In this document: positions 39,128 to 48,935 of the stretch, piece after piece
How the letters are laid out: the number at the start of each line of letters is the position of its first letter
How positions within the stretch are numbered: the first letter of the stretch is position 1
NCBI RefSeq assembly: GCF_036384735.1
Contig: NZ_DASVLT010000038.1
Location: forward strand, 148 to 64,147
Direction of reading: 5' to 3'
DNA: 64,000 bases
Source of the DNA: Bdellovibrio sp.
GTDB lineage: Bacteria > Bdellovibrionota > Bdellovibrionia > Bdellovibrionales > Bdellovibrionaceae
The notes under the pieces: generated by a model
The model's input: the letters and a program-made list of their open reading frames with translations, nothing else
What the model was told of the DNA's origin: nothing
Databases searched by the model: none
Position numbers and translations under genes: made by a program

Positions 39128-40141
39128 ATGAATCCAGTTGAAGCAATCAAGACAAACCCGTTTGTCCTGGCACCCATGGCCGGGATCACGGATCACGCTT
39201 TCCGTACTTTCATGAAAAAGCTCGATGCGAGTGTTGTGGTCACAGAACTTGTGAGCGCAAATGGCATCGAATACAAATCTGAAAGAACAATGAAGCTTAT
39301 GAGTTTCGATGAGGTGCAAAGGCCTATCGGCATTCAATTGTTTGGCGAGGAACCAGAAATTTTAGGTCGCGCTGCTCAGGTAGCAGAAGCGGATGGTTGT
39401 GACTTCGTCGATTTGAACTTCGGCTGTCCTGTCCCGAAAGTTGTGAAAAAGGGCGCAGGCTCTGCGATGTTGAAAGATCCCGTAGCGTTACAAAAAGTTT
39501 TAGCGGCGGTCAAAGGAGCTGTGAAAATTCCGGTGACCATCAAAATTCGTACGGGTTGGGATGCGAACAGTCGTAACGCGGTTGAAGTTTGCAACATCGC
39601 TTACAACGAAGGAATTTCTTGGGTGGCGATTCATGGTCGCACTCGTGCGCAAGCATACTCTGGGTTGGCTGATTGGGATTTTATTGCCGACGTAAAGTCT
39701 AAAGCAAAGCTTCCTATCATTGGAAATGGAGACATTCTCACACCTAAACAAGCGATCCTCAGAATGGAACAATCTGGTTGTGATGCCGTGATGATTGGCC
39801 GTGGATGCCTTAAGAATCCGTTTATTTTTATGGATGCGCTCTCCTTATGGCGGGGCGAGCCGATCAAAGATGTGAAAAGAGATTACGTAAGCCTTTTCGA
39901 CAGCCTTAAAAGTGAGGTTGTTGCGCATTGTGATGAGCACGTGACTGGTATCCAGCTCAGAAAGTTTGCAGCTTGGTTCTCAACAGGGTATCCTGGAGCC
40001 TCACAATTCAGGAAGAATCTTTTCCAATCAAAATCCAACGAAGAGATTATGAATTTAGCGAACGAGTTTTTCGCTGGAATTGGAAATGTTGATCAAGAAG
40101 ATACTTCGTCAGAAGAGTTCTTGATGGGCGGACACGGGTAA
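39128..40141 (+). CDS. dusB: tRNA-dihydrouridine synthase
   Basis: LAPMAGITD, DLNFGCP, IHGRTR, GNGDI. Confidence 0.92.
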   Translation: MNPVEAIKTNPFVLAPMAGITDHAFRTFMKKLDASVVVTELVSANGIEYKSERTMKLMSFDEVQRPIGIQLFGEEPEILGRAAQVAEADGCDFVDLNFGCPVPKVVKKGAGSAMLKDPVALQKVLAAVKGAVKIPVTIKIRTGWDANSRNAVEVCNIAYNEGISWVAIHGRTRAQAYSGLADWDFIADVKSKAKLPIIGNGDILTPKQAILRMEQSGCDAVMIGRGCLKNPFIFMDALSLWRGEPIKDVKRDYVSLFDSLKSEVVAHCDEHVTGIQLRKFAAWFSTGYPGASQFRKNLFQSKSNEEIMNLANEFFAGIGNVDQEDTSSEEFLMGGHG

Positions 40142-40233
40142 CCGCTGTCGGCGAAAAGGCTGACGCAATTTTGATGTGTTTTTAAATTAGTTTTGTTTTA
40201 AGTTTTGAAGATTGAATTTTAAGAAGGGTAAAT

Positions 40234-42048
40234 ATGATTCAAGATCCAAAGAAAATTAGAAATATCGCGATTATCGCGCACGTCGACCACGGTAAAACAA
40301 CTCTGGTAGACCACTTGATTAAACAAGCCGGTACATTCCGTGAAAACGAACACGTTGATGACCGCTTGATGGACTCCATGGATCTTGAAAAAGAGCGTGG
40401 TATCACTATCGCTGCGAAAAATGCTTCATTCGTTTACAAAGATATCAAAGTTAATATCGTAGATACGCCGGGACATAGTGACTTCGGTGGTGAAGTTGAG
40501 CGTATCTTGAACATGGTTGATGGTTGTATCCTTCTTTGCGATGCTTCTGAAGGTCCACTTCCGCAAACACGTTTCGTATTGAAAAAAGCTCTAGAGCAAA
40601 ATTTGAAAGTTATCGTTTGTATCAACAAGATCGATCGTTCAGACGCTCGTATTCAAGAAGTACACAACGAACTTTTCGATTTGTTCATCGACCTCGAGGC
40701 TTCTGAAGAACAATGTGACTTCCACACTGTATACGCAATTGCGCGTGAAGGTATGGCGACTTTGGATCCAGCGGTTAACACGGGTTCATTGGAAGTTCTT
40801 TACGATGCTATCGTTAACCTAGTTCCTCCTCCAAAAATCGATGAAAACGCTCCATTGCAAGTTATGGTTTCTAATATCTCTTACAATGATTACGTAGGTC
40901 GTTTGGCGATCGGTCGTATGCGTGCGGGTCAAATCAAAGTTGGCGACGAAGTTATGTGTATTCAAGCCAACGGTCAGAAGAAAGTGAAAGTTTCCGCTTT
41001 GTATCAGTACAAAGTAAACTCGCAAGTTCCAGCTCAAGAAGTTGGCGCGGGTGACATCGTAGTTATCGCGGGTATGGAAGACTTCACTATCGGTGATACT
41101 ATCACTTCTGCAACGGATCCTCGTCCATTGCCACGTATCCGTGTCGATGAGCCGACAGTGGGCATGATCTTCTCGGTAAATAACGGTCCTTTCGCAGGTA
41201 TGGAAGGTAAGAACGTTACTTCTCGTAAGATCCTTGAGCGTCTTGAGCGTGAGTTGTTGTACAACGTTGCGATCCGCGTAGAGAAAACTGACAACACGGA
41301 TTCATTCAAAGTTGTTGGTCGTGGTGAGTTGCAATTGGGTGTATTGATCGAACAAATGCGCCGTGAAAACTTCGAGCTTCTAGTTTCTAAACCGACAGTT
41401 ATCTTCAAACAAGAAAACGGTCAGCGTATGGAGCCAATGGAGATCGCGGTTATCGATATCGAAGACTCTTTCGTCGGTGCTGTAACCGAGAAATTGGGTA
41501 AACGTAAAGGTGTGATGACGAACATGGTTCAAAAAGGATCTGGTCGTACTCGTCTTGAGTTCCGTATCCCTTCACGTGGTTTGATCGGTTACCGTTCAGA
41601 GTTCCTAACAGACACTCGCGGTACGGGTCTTTTGAATACTCAATTTGACGGCTGGGATCAATACAAAGGCGAAATCGAACACCGTATGAATGGTGCGATG
41701 ATTTCTGACCGTAAAGGTCAAGCGACAGCATATGCTATCTGGAATCTTCAAGAACGCGGTATCATGTACGTGACACACGGTCAGGAAGTTTACGAGGGTA
41801 TGATTGTTGGTGAGCACGCCAAAGATAATGATCTAGAAGTAAACATCACTCGTGAGAAAAAATTGACGAACGTACGTGCTTCAGGTTCTGATGAAGCTAT
41901 CCGTCTAGTTCCAGTGCGTCCTATGACATTGGAAAAAGCGATGGAGTGGATCAAGGATTCTGAGCTTATCGAGGTAACACCGAAGAACATCCGTCTTCGT
42001 TGCCGCGAGCTAAGCCCAACAGCACGTGCAAGAGCAGCGAAGGAATAA
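40234..42048 (+). CDS. typA: translational GTPase TypA/BipA
   Basis: [34 protein letters not shown]. Confidence 0.98.
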   Translation: MIQDPKKIRNIAIIAHVDHGKTTLVDHLIKQAGTFRENEHVDDRLMDSMDLEKERGITIAAKNASFVYKDIKVNIVDTPGHSDFGGEVERILNMVDGCILLCDASEGPLPQTRFVLKKALEQNLKVIVCINKIDRSDARIQEVHNELFDLFIDLEASEEQCDFHTVYAIAREGMATLDPAVNTGSLEVLYDAIVNLVPPPKIDENAPLQVMVSNISYNDYVGRLAIGRMRAGQIKVGDEVMCIQANGQKKVKVSALYQYKVNSQVPAQEVGAGDIVVIAGMEDFTIGDTITSATDPRPLPRIRVDEPTVGMIFSVNNGPFAGMEGKNVTSRKILERLERELLYNVAIRVEKTDNTDSFKVVGRGELQLGVLIEQMRRENFELLVSKPTVIFKQENGQRMEPMEIAVIDIEDSFVGAVTEKLGKRKGVMTNMVQKGSGRTRLEFRIPSRGLIGYRSEFLTDTRGTGLLNTQFDGWDQYKGEIEHRMNGAMISDRKGQATAYAIWNLQERGIMYVTHGQEVYEGMIVGEHAKDNDLEVNITREKKLTNVRASGSDEAIRLVPVRPMTLEKAMEWIKDSELIEVTPKNIRLRCRELSPTARARAAKE

Positions 42049-42974
42049 TGAGTACAAACGTCGCCATTGAGATCAAAGATTTAACGAAGAAGTACGAAGA
42101 CAAAATTGCTGTCGACGGAATAAATCTGGAAATCTACAAGGGCGAATGTTTCGGACTTTTAGGTCCAAACGGGGCTGGCAAAACAACAACAATGAAGATG
42201 ATGTATTGCTCAGCCCTCGTCACCAGCGGGGAGCTTTACGTTCTTGGTTTGAACGTTAAAAAGAACTACCGCGAAATCAAATCTAGAATCGGCGTCGTCC
42301 CTCAGGACGACGGTCTCGATCCCGACTTCACAGTTTTAGAAAACCTTTTAGTCTATGCCAGCTATCACAATATTCCGATGGCCGAGGCCGATTTGCGTGC
42401 GCAAGCATTGCTTCGCTTAATGAAGCTCGAAGAATACCAAGATCGTTCGGTGGAAACTCTCAGCGGTGGTATGAAACGTCGTTTGGCGATTGCCCGTGGT
42501 TTGATTAATTCTCCAGAGGTTATTTTCTTAGACGAACCGACAACAGGTCTTGATCCACAGGCGCGCATTTGGATTTGGGATTTCTTTAAGCATTTGAAAT
42601 CTGAAAAAAGCACTTTGATTCTGACAACTCATTACATGGAGGAAGCAGAGCAAATGTGTGATCGTGTAGCGATCATAGATAACGGCAAAATTCTTACCAT
42701 CGGCAAACCGAAAGATTTAATTCGCGAGCTGATCGGCAAGGAAGTTGTCGAGTTCGATACCAATCCTGTGGATCTGAATTACTATTTGGGTCGTTTGCGT
42801 GCAGAGGGTTTTGCTTACCAAGTTATCAAAGACACGGTTTCAGTACTGGTAAAAGAAAATCAAGAGGGCCGTAAGGTAGTTGATTTGATTGCCAGTGATA
42901 AAATCTATATTCGCAAGCCGACCTTGAATGATGTATTCTTAAAACTTGCTGGTCACCAATTGAGGGATGAATAG
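42048..42974 (+). CDS. ABC-2 type exporter ATPase (NodI/DrrA-like)
   Basis: GPNGAGKT, LSGGMKRR, LDEPTTGLDP; start moved to MSTNV (TAATG overlap with typA). Confidence 0.93.
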   Translation: MSTNVAIEIKDLTKKYEDKIAVDGINLEIYKGECFGLLGPNGAGKTTTMKMMYCSALVTSGELYVLGLNVKKNYREIKSRIGVVPQDDGLDPDFTVLENLLVYASYHNIPMAEADLRAQALLRLMKLEEYQDRSVETLSGGMKRRLAIARGLINSPEVIFLDEPTTGLDPQARIWIWDFFKHLKSEKSTLILTTHYMEEAEQMCDRVAIIDNGKILTIGKPKDLIRELIGKEVVEFDTNPVDLNYYLGRLRAEGFAYQVIKDTVSVLVKENQEGRKVVDLIASDKIYIRKPTLNDVFLKLAGHQLRDE

Positions 42975-43764
42975 TATGAAAGTGAAAGAGCTTTTCGCTA
43001 TTCCTAAATTTAATGATGGTGCCCTGAAGGTTTGGCAGCGCAACTTCTTGTATTTCAAAAAGACATGGCTTGTATCTTTGTTCTGGATCGTCCTTGAGCC
43101 GGTTATTTACCTGGGCGCGATCGGTTTCGGTCTTGGTGCCTTCGTTAATAACATGGGCGGAATGTCTTATATTGAATTTTTCTTCCCAGCGCTTTTGTGT
43201 ACGACAGCGATGTTGGTAGCCTTCTTTGAAGGAACCTACGGGAACTACACAAAGCTGACCCATCAAAGAACTTACGCGACAATCATGCTGACACGTGTAG
43301 GACCAGAAGAAATCGTAGCCGGTGAATTATTGTGGGCTGCCTCCAAAGGATTCTTTGGAGTTCTTGGAGTGACAGTTGTCGCGATCTTCTTTGGTTTGAT
43401 CGACACTCCTAAAATTCTTTTGGCTTTGCCGGTGCTGTTCTTATTGTCATGCTTATTTTCTTGCATCGGCATGATCTTCACTTCGATTGCTAGGAACTAT
43501 GATTCGTTCATCTATTCAACTTCGGGATTGATTGTGCCAATGAGTTTACTCAGCGGAACTTATTTTCCGTTAGAGCAGTTGCCGACAACTCTTCGTTATG
43601 TGGCTTATTTATTTCCGCTGACTCATGCAGTGGGGGCTGTACGTGGAATTTTGCATGACGGAAATCCTCTATGGATTTCCGTACATATTTTGGTTCTTTT
43701 GCTGGCTACCTGGATTTGTATGAACATTTCATTCGTGCGCATTCGCCATAAACTTCTAAAATAA
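42967..43764 (+). CDS. ABC-2 type permease (NodJ-like)
   Basis: Six TM helices; SGTYFPLEQLP; FPLTHAV. Confidence 0.92.
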   Translation: MNSMKVKELFAIPKFNDGALKVWQRNFLYFKKTWLVSLFWIVLEPVIYLGAIGFGLGAFVNNMGGMSYIEFFFPALLCTTAMLVAFFEGTYGNYTKLTHQRTYATIMLTRVGPEEIVAGELLWAASKGFFGVLGVTVVAIFFGLIDTPKILLALPVLFLLSCLFSCIGMIFTSIARNYDSFIYSTSGLIVPMSLLSGTYFPLEQLPTTLRYVAYLFPLTHAVGAVRGILHDGNPLWISVHILVLLLATWICMNISFVRIRHKLLK

Positions 43765-43765
43765 T

Positions 43766-44089
43766 CTATAGAATTTCGATGCTGATCACTTCAAGAGTGG
43801 CGGCATCGAAAGTAAACTTCAAAGACTTCTTAGTCTTTCTGCTATTATCAAGAAGAGCCTTTAATTCCGCCGCATTTTGATCTTTTGGGAAGGTATAGAA
43901 AGCAGCATGTTTGCCTATCATGATTTTGAAAGCATGTTCCGTTTCAACATAACGAGTAACGGGACCAGACTCTGTACTTACAACAGATGCTGGTTTTCTT
44001 TTAAAGCCATTGAATATTTTTGCGTTCGCAGTCATGACGAAAGCCTGCACTCCCATGATAACAAGTAGAGTAGAGATCAGTTTTTTCAT
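43766..44089 (-). CDS. secreted 107-aa protein resembling a free-standing protein-glutaminase pro-domain
   Basis: Signal peptide (ANA|K); KIMIGKHAAFYTF...LLDNSRKTKKSLKFTF...EVISIE; TAATG coupling to the upstream enzyme. Confidence 0.7.
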   Translation of the reverse strand: MKKLISTLLVIMGVQAFVMTANAKIFNGFKRKPASVVSTESGPVTRYVETEHAFKIMIGKHAAFYTFPKDQNAAELKALLDNSRKTKKSLKFTFDAATLEVISIEIL

Positions 44090-44772
44090 TAGCGAACCCC
44101 TTGTCCTGTTTGGCCCGAACTAGAACCCGATGAGCCAGATCCAAAGAAAGATCCGCCACCGTTAAAGCCTTCGCCTAGAGCTTCAAGTTTCTTTTCTGTT
44201 TCAGTGTATTCTTCCATGACTTCTTTTGAAGTTTCAATATCCTCTTTATTCCAAGAGTACTTTTTCGGTTCTGTATCGAGAGGACCAAATTGATAACGAG
44301 CTCCGTAATATATCTTGTCGAGATGAGGTTTTGGATTGCCATCTACGTTCATTTTCGCGGTCCACTCATCCACTGTGACTGGCTTATCAAATAGTGATGG
44401 ATCGAAGACCATTAACTTTGGTTTACCGCCATCGCTAACATAAACAACCGGGGCGACATGATATCCCCATTCGATGGTGGGCGTATATTTGCTTTTTGTT
44501 TTTACACGAAGATATCCGGTGGCCCAAACTTTGCCCATTTCGATCTTTTCTTCTTCAGCAATTTTAGACATCGCAGTCGCGCGAGCATAGCAACCGTCCG
44601 GAGGATAATTAAAAGGAATTTCGGTATGAGATTTAAATTCAGTGAATAAGCGATCTGCCTGTGCCGTACTCAAAACCGATACATCTACATCCTTGCCGGG
44701 AGCAAAAGCGTCGGGAATGGTCATCGTTGCAGCGAGTGCGAACAACGCTAAAAATAAAATTCTCGTGATCAT
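44089..44772 (-). CDS. secreted protein-glutamine glutaminase-like enzyme (papain-like Cys-His-Asp)
   Basis: FNYPPDGCYARA, WGYHVAP, FDPSLF; signal peptide; start is either 44772 or 44784. Confidence 0.88.
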   Translation of the reverse strand: MITRILFLALFALAATMTIPDAFAPGKDVDVSVLSTAQADRLFTEFKSHTEIPFNYPPDGCYARATAMSKIAEEEKIEMGKVWATGYLRVKTKSKYTPTIEWGYHVAPVVYVSDGGKPKLMVFDPSLFDKPVTVDEWTAKMNVDGNPKPHLDKIYYGARYQFGPLDTEPKKYSWNKEDIETSKEVMEEYTETEKKLEALGEGFNGGGSFFGSGSSGSSSGQTGQGVR

Positions 44773-44780
44773 ATAAGAAT

Positions 44781-44807
44781 TCATCGGTGTCTCAGGAATA
44801 GACTGAA
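44781..44807 (-). promoter_or_regulatory. degenerate sigma28-like promoter
   Basis: TTCA-N15-ACCGATGA immediately above ATG 44772. Confidence 0.35.
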
Positions 44808-44879
44808 TAGACCTAGGTCCTGAACAAAAGGAAAAAACGAATGAAATTTACTTTATGGAACGACTGACAGACGAAAGTT

Positions 44880-45713
44880 TTACTCTTGAATACTGTTGCT
44901 ATCTTCAAGCTGTTCTTCGTCGGCCTTTTCTAAATCTTGAAGAGTCATTGTGTCTTCTTCAGAAGATTGAATTTCCTGAGGTGGAGGCACGGGGCTTAGG
45001 AAGTTTTGAATCTTCTCCATCGCCGTATTGTATTCAGCTTCGTTGATGCGTCCGTAGTGATATAGATCATTCACGATGCGATCCAGGCGCTTGCGGGCAA
45101 ACGGAGTCAGTTCCTTTTTAAAGTAAGAACGAGAATATTTCGCAGGGTTTGGCAGAACCATCGCAAGGAATGCACATTCGACCACGTCGAGTTCCGCCGG
45201 AGTTTTCTTGAAATAGTAAGCGGCAGCGCTTTTAACGCCGTAAATATCTTTACCGAACTCAACGACGTTCAAGTACCTTTCGATGATTTCTTTCTTCGTT
45301 AAAGTCTTTTCGATGCGATCCGTGATAATGGCCTCAAGACCTTTGCGCAAGAAGGTGCGATCTTGATTTAAAAACAAATTTTTCGCGAGCTGTTGAGAAA
45401 TAGTAGAGCCGCCTCTCTTATACATGCCCTTCTCCCAACCTTCGCGGAAATTCTTTTCAATCGAATCCCAATCAAAACCGTGATGGTTATAAAAATTAGA
45501 ATCTTCCGTAAGGATGATGGTCTTCGCAAGGTAAGGGGAGATCTGCTTCAAAGGAACATAGTTGGCAGAGCCAGGACACAAATGCACATGATACATGGTT
45601 GTGACCATGCACCCTCTTATTTCCTGTGGAGTTGGCAGCCAATTCCATAGTGCAATGGCGGCAGCCAACATCATCGCGGCTACAGCAAAGAAAAAAAGAC
45701 TCACCCATTTCAT
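44880..45713 (-). CDS. mtgA: monofunctional peptidoglycan glycosyltransferase (GT51)
   Basis: EDSNFYNHHGFD, GGSTISQQLAKNLF, RKGLE, YLNVVEFG. Confidence 0.92.
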   Translation of the reverse strand: MKWVSLFFFAVAAMMLAAAIALWNWLPTPQEIRGCMVTTMYHVHLCPGSANYVPLKQISPYLAKTIILTEDSNFYNHHGFDWDSIEKNFREGWEKGMYKRGGSTISQQLAKNLFLNQDRTFLRKGLEAIITDRIEKTLTKKEIIERYLNVVEFGKDIYGVKSAAAYYFKKTPAELDVVECAFLAMVLPNPAKYSRSYFKKELTPFARKRLDRIVNDLYHYGRINEAEYNTAMEKIQNFLSPVPPPQEIQSSEEDTMTLQDLEKADEEQLEDSNSIQE

Positions 45714-45714
45714 A

Positions 45715-46701
45715 TTAAGAAAGTAAACCCTGATCCTTCATCCACTGAACGCTATTATGAATGGCCTCACGAGCAGGACGAGGAGTAAATCCCAATTCCT
45801 TTTGAGCTTTTGATGAATCAAACCAGTGATACATCGTTGCGGTCCAAGCATTCTCGCGACTTAAAGGACCTTTCATTCCCACAGATTCAAGACAATCCCC
45901 GACAGCACCCACAACATGCAAGATTTGATCAGGCAAGTGATGTGGAGGAGGATTTACCCCGGCCTCTTTCGCAATCATTGTGAAAAGATCTTTGATCAGA
46001 ATATTTTCGCCAGCCAAGATATAGCGCTCGCCTTTGCGACCGTTCTTCCAGGCACTCAAAATTCCTGCAACAACGTCTTCAACCGCCACGACGTTAACTC
46101 CGCCAGATGTATAGAACTTGAATTTTCCCTGAGCAACCTTGACTTGCATTTTGCGGCTGCCTTTTTTTGCGTCGCCAGATCCATAAATCGTTGAAGGATT
46201 TAAAATAACTGCGTCGATTTCACCGCGATCACAGGCTTTTTTCACGATCTGTTCGGCTTTGTGTTTTGTCTCGAAATAACCAAGGTTGAGATCATGAACG
46301 TTGAATTCAGAGCTTTCGTTCAGGACATGATCCTGAGTCAAGGCGCTGCCAATTGCTACGACCGATGATAAATAAACCAAGCGACGCACTTTGCATTCGC
46401 GGCATACTTCCACGACATTTAATGTTCCTTGAACATTGACCTTCTCCATTAAGGCACGTTCAGATTTTTTGTAAGCAATGACGCCAGCGAGGTGGAAAAC
46501 GGTGTCAATGCCTTTGAACGCCTCTAATAAAGAAAGAATGTCGGTCACGTCACCGTGAATGAATTTACAATCGATGCCGTTTAACTCTGAGGTGTCGCTG
46601 TTGGGACGGACCAGAGCATAAACCTCGTGCCCCTCTTTAACGAGAGCGCGGGTGACCCAACTGCCTAAAAATCCATTAGCGCCTGTTACAAGAACTTTCA
46701 T
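45715..46701 (-). CDS. extended SDR / NAD-dependent epimerase-dehydratase (DFR/HpnA-like)
   Basis: VLVTGANGFLGS, VFHLAG, YFETK. Confidence 0.9.
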   Translation of the reverse strand: MKVLVTGANGFLGSWVTRALVKEGHEVYALVRPNSDTSELNGIDCKFIHGDVTDILSLLEAFKGIDTVFHLAGVIAYKKSERALMEKVNVQGTLNVVEVCRECKVRRLVYLSSVVAIGSALTQDHVLNESSEFNVHDLNLGYFETKHKAEQIVKKACDRGEIDAVILNPSTIYGSGDAKKGSRKMQVKVAQGKFKFYTSGGVNVVAVEDVVAGILSAWKNGRKGERYILAGENILIKDLFTMIAKEAGVNPPPHHLPDQILHVVGAVGDCLESVGMKGPLSRENAWTATMYHWFDSSKAQKELGFTPRPAREAIHNSVQWMKDQGLLS

Positions 46702-47291
46702 GATGTCGTAGCCTCTTTTTCATCCATACGTGCTAGAACTTTTTCGCAGAGCCTAGCGAACATAAGACCAAAACAAATTCCGAGCAATCCTCCGCAGAAG
46801 ACGTCAGTTGGAAAATGAACCCCGCTGTATACACGACTGTAACTGACAAGAAAGGCTATCGTATAGGTTGGAATTGCAACGACGGGAAATATTGTTGATG
46901 TGAATGCTGCGAAGCTAAACATGTTCGTTGCGTGATTGGAAACAAAACTGTAGCCGCCGAATGGAGCTCTTACCTGAACCGTCAAACCCTGCGTTTCGGC
47001 AGGTCGTGGACGGCGTACGGTCTTCTTCAAAGCGTAGTTGCCGAAGCCATCAGATAAAAGAACGCTGAGGGTGCAGAAACAGATAATGACTAAACCTTTT
47101 TTAAATCCACGTCTCCAAAGAATGGCGGCTAAAATCAGAGGCACGACAATAATTTTGAAGGGCAGAGTCTTATGAAGATCTGTGATGTTTGGAAAAAAAG
47201 AATCCGCCCACGATGCCGTCCATTGAGAATTGATCAGCATGAAAAGACGTTTATCGAGGTTCAAAATATAGTCGAGCATGTCGAAGATCAT
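46698..47291 (-). CDS. PAP2 family phosphatase
   Basis: KKTVRRPRP, SFVSNHA, SRVYSGVHFPTDV. Confidence 0.92.
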   Translation of the reverse strand: MIFDMLDYILNLDKRLFMLINSQWTASWADSFFPNITDLHKTLPFKIIVVPLILAAILWRRGFKKGLVIICFCTLSVLLSDGFGNYALKKTVRRPRPAETQGLTVQVRAPFGGYSFVSNHATNMFSFAAFTSTIFPVVAIPTYTIAFLVSYSRVYSGVHFPTDVFCGGLLGICFGLMFARLCEKVLARMDEKEATTS

Positions 47292-47374
47292 ACTCTAAAA
47301 AGTTGCCATCTGAAAGTCTAGGTCTTCGGCGGGTCTAAGTGTCATCACTTCAGCGCTGTGGCATGATTTTGTAC

Positions 47375-48127
47375 ATGGACAAAGCAACATGGTTAGGGCT
47401 TCTAGTCGGTTTCGGTGGGATTATCGCAGGCAATCTTCTAGAAGGCGGGCACATGAGTTCACTCATGCAGCTGACGGCATTTATTATTGTTCTTGCGGGC
47501 ACTATCGGTGCTGTGATGGTTTCAAGTTCTGAGAAGGACTTAAAAACCGGATTGGCATTGGCAAAGGCGGCTTTTAAGACAGAAGAAAGTCATATCAAAA
47601 ACCGCATTGTCGAGATCGTTGATTATTCGCGATTAGCAAAGAAAGAATCATTGCTGGCTCTTGAGCCACGAATTGGTCGTGTAAGTGATCCGCTTTTGCA
47701 AAATGTGCTTCGCAGTGTTGTTGATGGCATCGATCAAAATACAATCCGTGATATTTATGAAACTCAAATTCTGACAGAAGAAGATGAACTGCTTGCAGGC
47801 GCCAAAGTGTGGGCTGATGCCGGTGGATTTGCACCGACGATCGGCATCATCGGTGCGGTTCTGGGTTTGATTCACGTGATGGGGAATTTAACTGATACAA
47901 GCAAACTGGGTGCCGGTATTGCAGTCGCTTTCGTTGCCACTGTGTATGGTGTAAGTTCTGCCAATCTCTTATTTTTGCCTCTGGGAAATAAGATCAAAAG
48001 AAAAGTTCACGAGATCACCCGCGAAAAACAACTGATTCTTGAGGGCGGATTGATGATCGCCGGCGGAGCAAATCCGATCGTTGTGGAACAGAAACTTCAT
48101 GCCTTTCTAACAAGCGAACAAAAATAA
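47375..48127 (+). CDS. motA: flagellar stator MotA
   Basis: GGFAPTIGIIGAVLGLI, AFVATVYG; start at MDKAT (or MILYM, 47363). Confidence 0.92.
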   Translation: MDKATWLGLLVGFGGIIAGNLLEGGHMSSLMQLTAFIIVLAGTIGAVMVSSSEKDLKTGLALAKAAFKTEESHIKNRIVEIVDYSRLAKKESLLALEPRIGRVSDPLLQNVLRSVVDGIDQNTIRDIYETQILTEEDELLAGAKVWADAGGFAPTIGIIGAVLGLIHVMGNLTDTSKLGAGIAVAFVATVYGVSSANLLFLPLGNKIKRKVHEITREKQLILEGGLMIAGGANPIVVEQKLHAFLTSEQK

Positions 48128-48128
48128 T

Positions 48129-48881
48129 ATGCAGATTCGTAGAAACCGCAAACATGAAGAACACGAAAATCACGAACGGTGGTTGGTGTCCTATGCGGAT
48201 TTCATTACGCTGCTATTTGCTTTTTTTGTTGTGATGTACGCTACTTCCAACTCCAATTCTGAAAAACAAAAAGATTTCGAAGACTCGATCAAGTTGAATT
48301 TTCACTTGATGGGAAAAGGCGGCAGCGACGAAAACAGTGATTCGATAGAAAATTCATTGGCTGAACTTGTGATGCCACTAGGAAGCTTTCCTAAAAAAGG
48401 GGGCTCTCGTGAGGCGGCTGACTATGTGGAAAGGTCTTTGGATAAGTCCATGACGGGCGAGCAAAAGAAATCCGCCATTCAAGACATTTATCATGATGCA
48501 GTCGGTGTGCGTGTTGCCTTGACTGCTTCGACATTTTTTCAGCCGGGTTCTGCCAAACTGAAAATGTCTGCGCTTCCTTCGTTGGATAAAGTTGCGGAAG
48601 TTCTGAAATCAAATGACAAGCGTGTGATCATTGAGGGTCATACGGATGATACGCCGATTGAAGACTCCCAATTTCCCAGTAACTGGGAGCTGGCGGGCGG
48701 TCGCGCAAGCGCTGTTGTTCGATATTTCGTAAAGTATCACAAGCTAGATCCAAAACGATTCGTATCGATTTCTTACGGAGATCAAAAGCCCATGGTTCCG
48801 AATGATACTGAGGAGCATAAGGCAATGAATCGAAGAATTGAAATCCTGATAGTCACTGACGACAAGAAGGCGGAAATATAA
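48129..48881 (+). CDS. motB: flagellar stator MotB
   Basis: WLVSYADFITLLFAFFVVMY; OmpA-like C-domain (GHTDD, SNWEL, NRRIEI). Confidence 0.95.
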   Translation: MQIRRNRKHEEHENHERWLVSYADFITLLFAFFVVMYATSNSNSEKQKDFEDSIKLNFHLMGKGGSDENSDSIENSLAELVMPLGSFPKKGGSREAADYVERSLDKSMTGEQKKSAIQDIYHDAVGVRVALTASTFFQPGSAKLKMSALPSLDKVAEVLKSNDKRVIIEGHTDDTPIEDSQFPSNWELAGGRASAVVRYFVKYHKLDPKRFVSISYGDQKPMVPNDTEEHKAMNRRIEILIVTDDKKAEI

Positions 48882-48907
48882 AAAGCCGGATTTGCATCCG
48901 GCTTTTT
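48881..48907. terminator. bidirectional intrinsic terminator
   Basis: aaaagccggat-ttgc-atccggctttt. Confidence 0.9.
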
Positions 48908-48935
48908 AATTAGGAAAGAAGTCGAAGTCTAAGAA

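Noticed and set aside
47359-47373. TGGCAT-N4-TTGTA upstream of motA as a sigma54 site
   Set aside because: Spacing is one base short and the -12 GC is absent.
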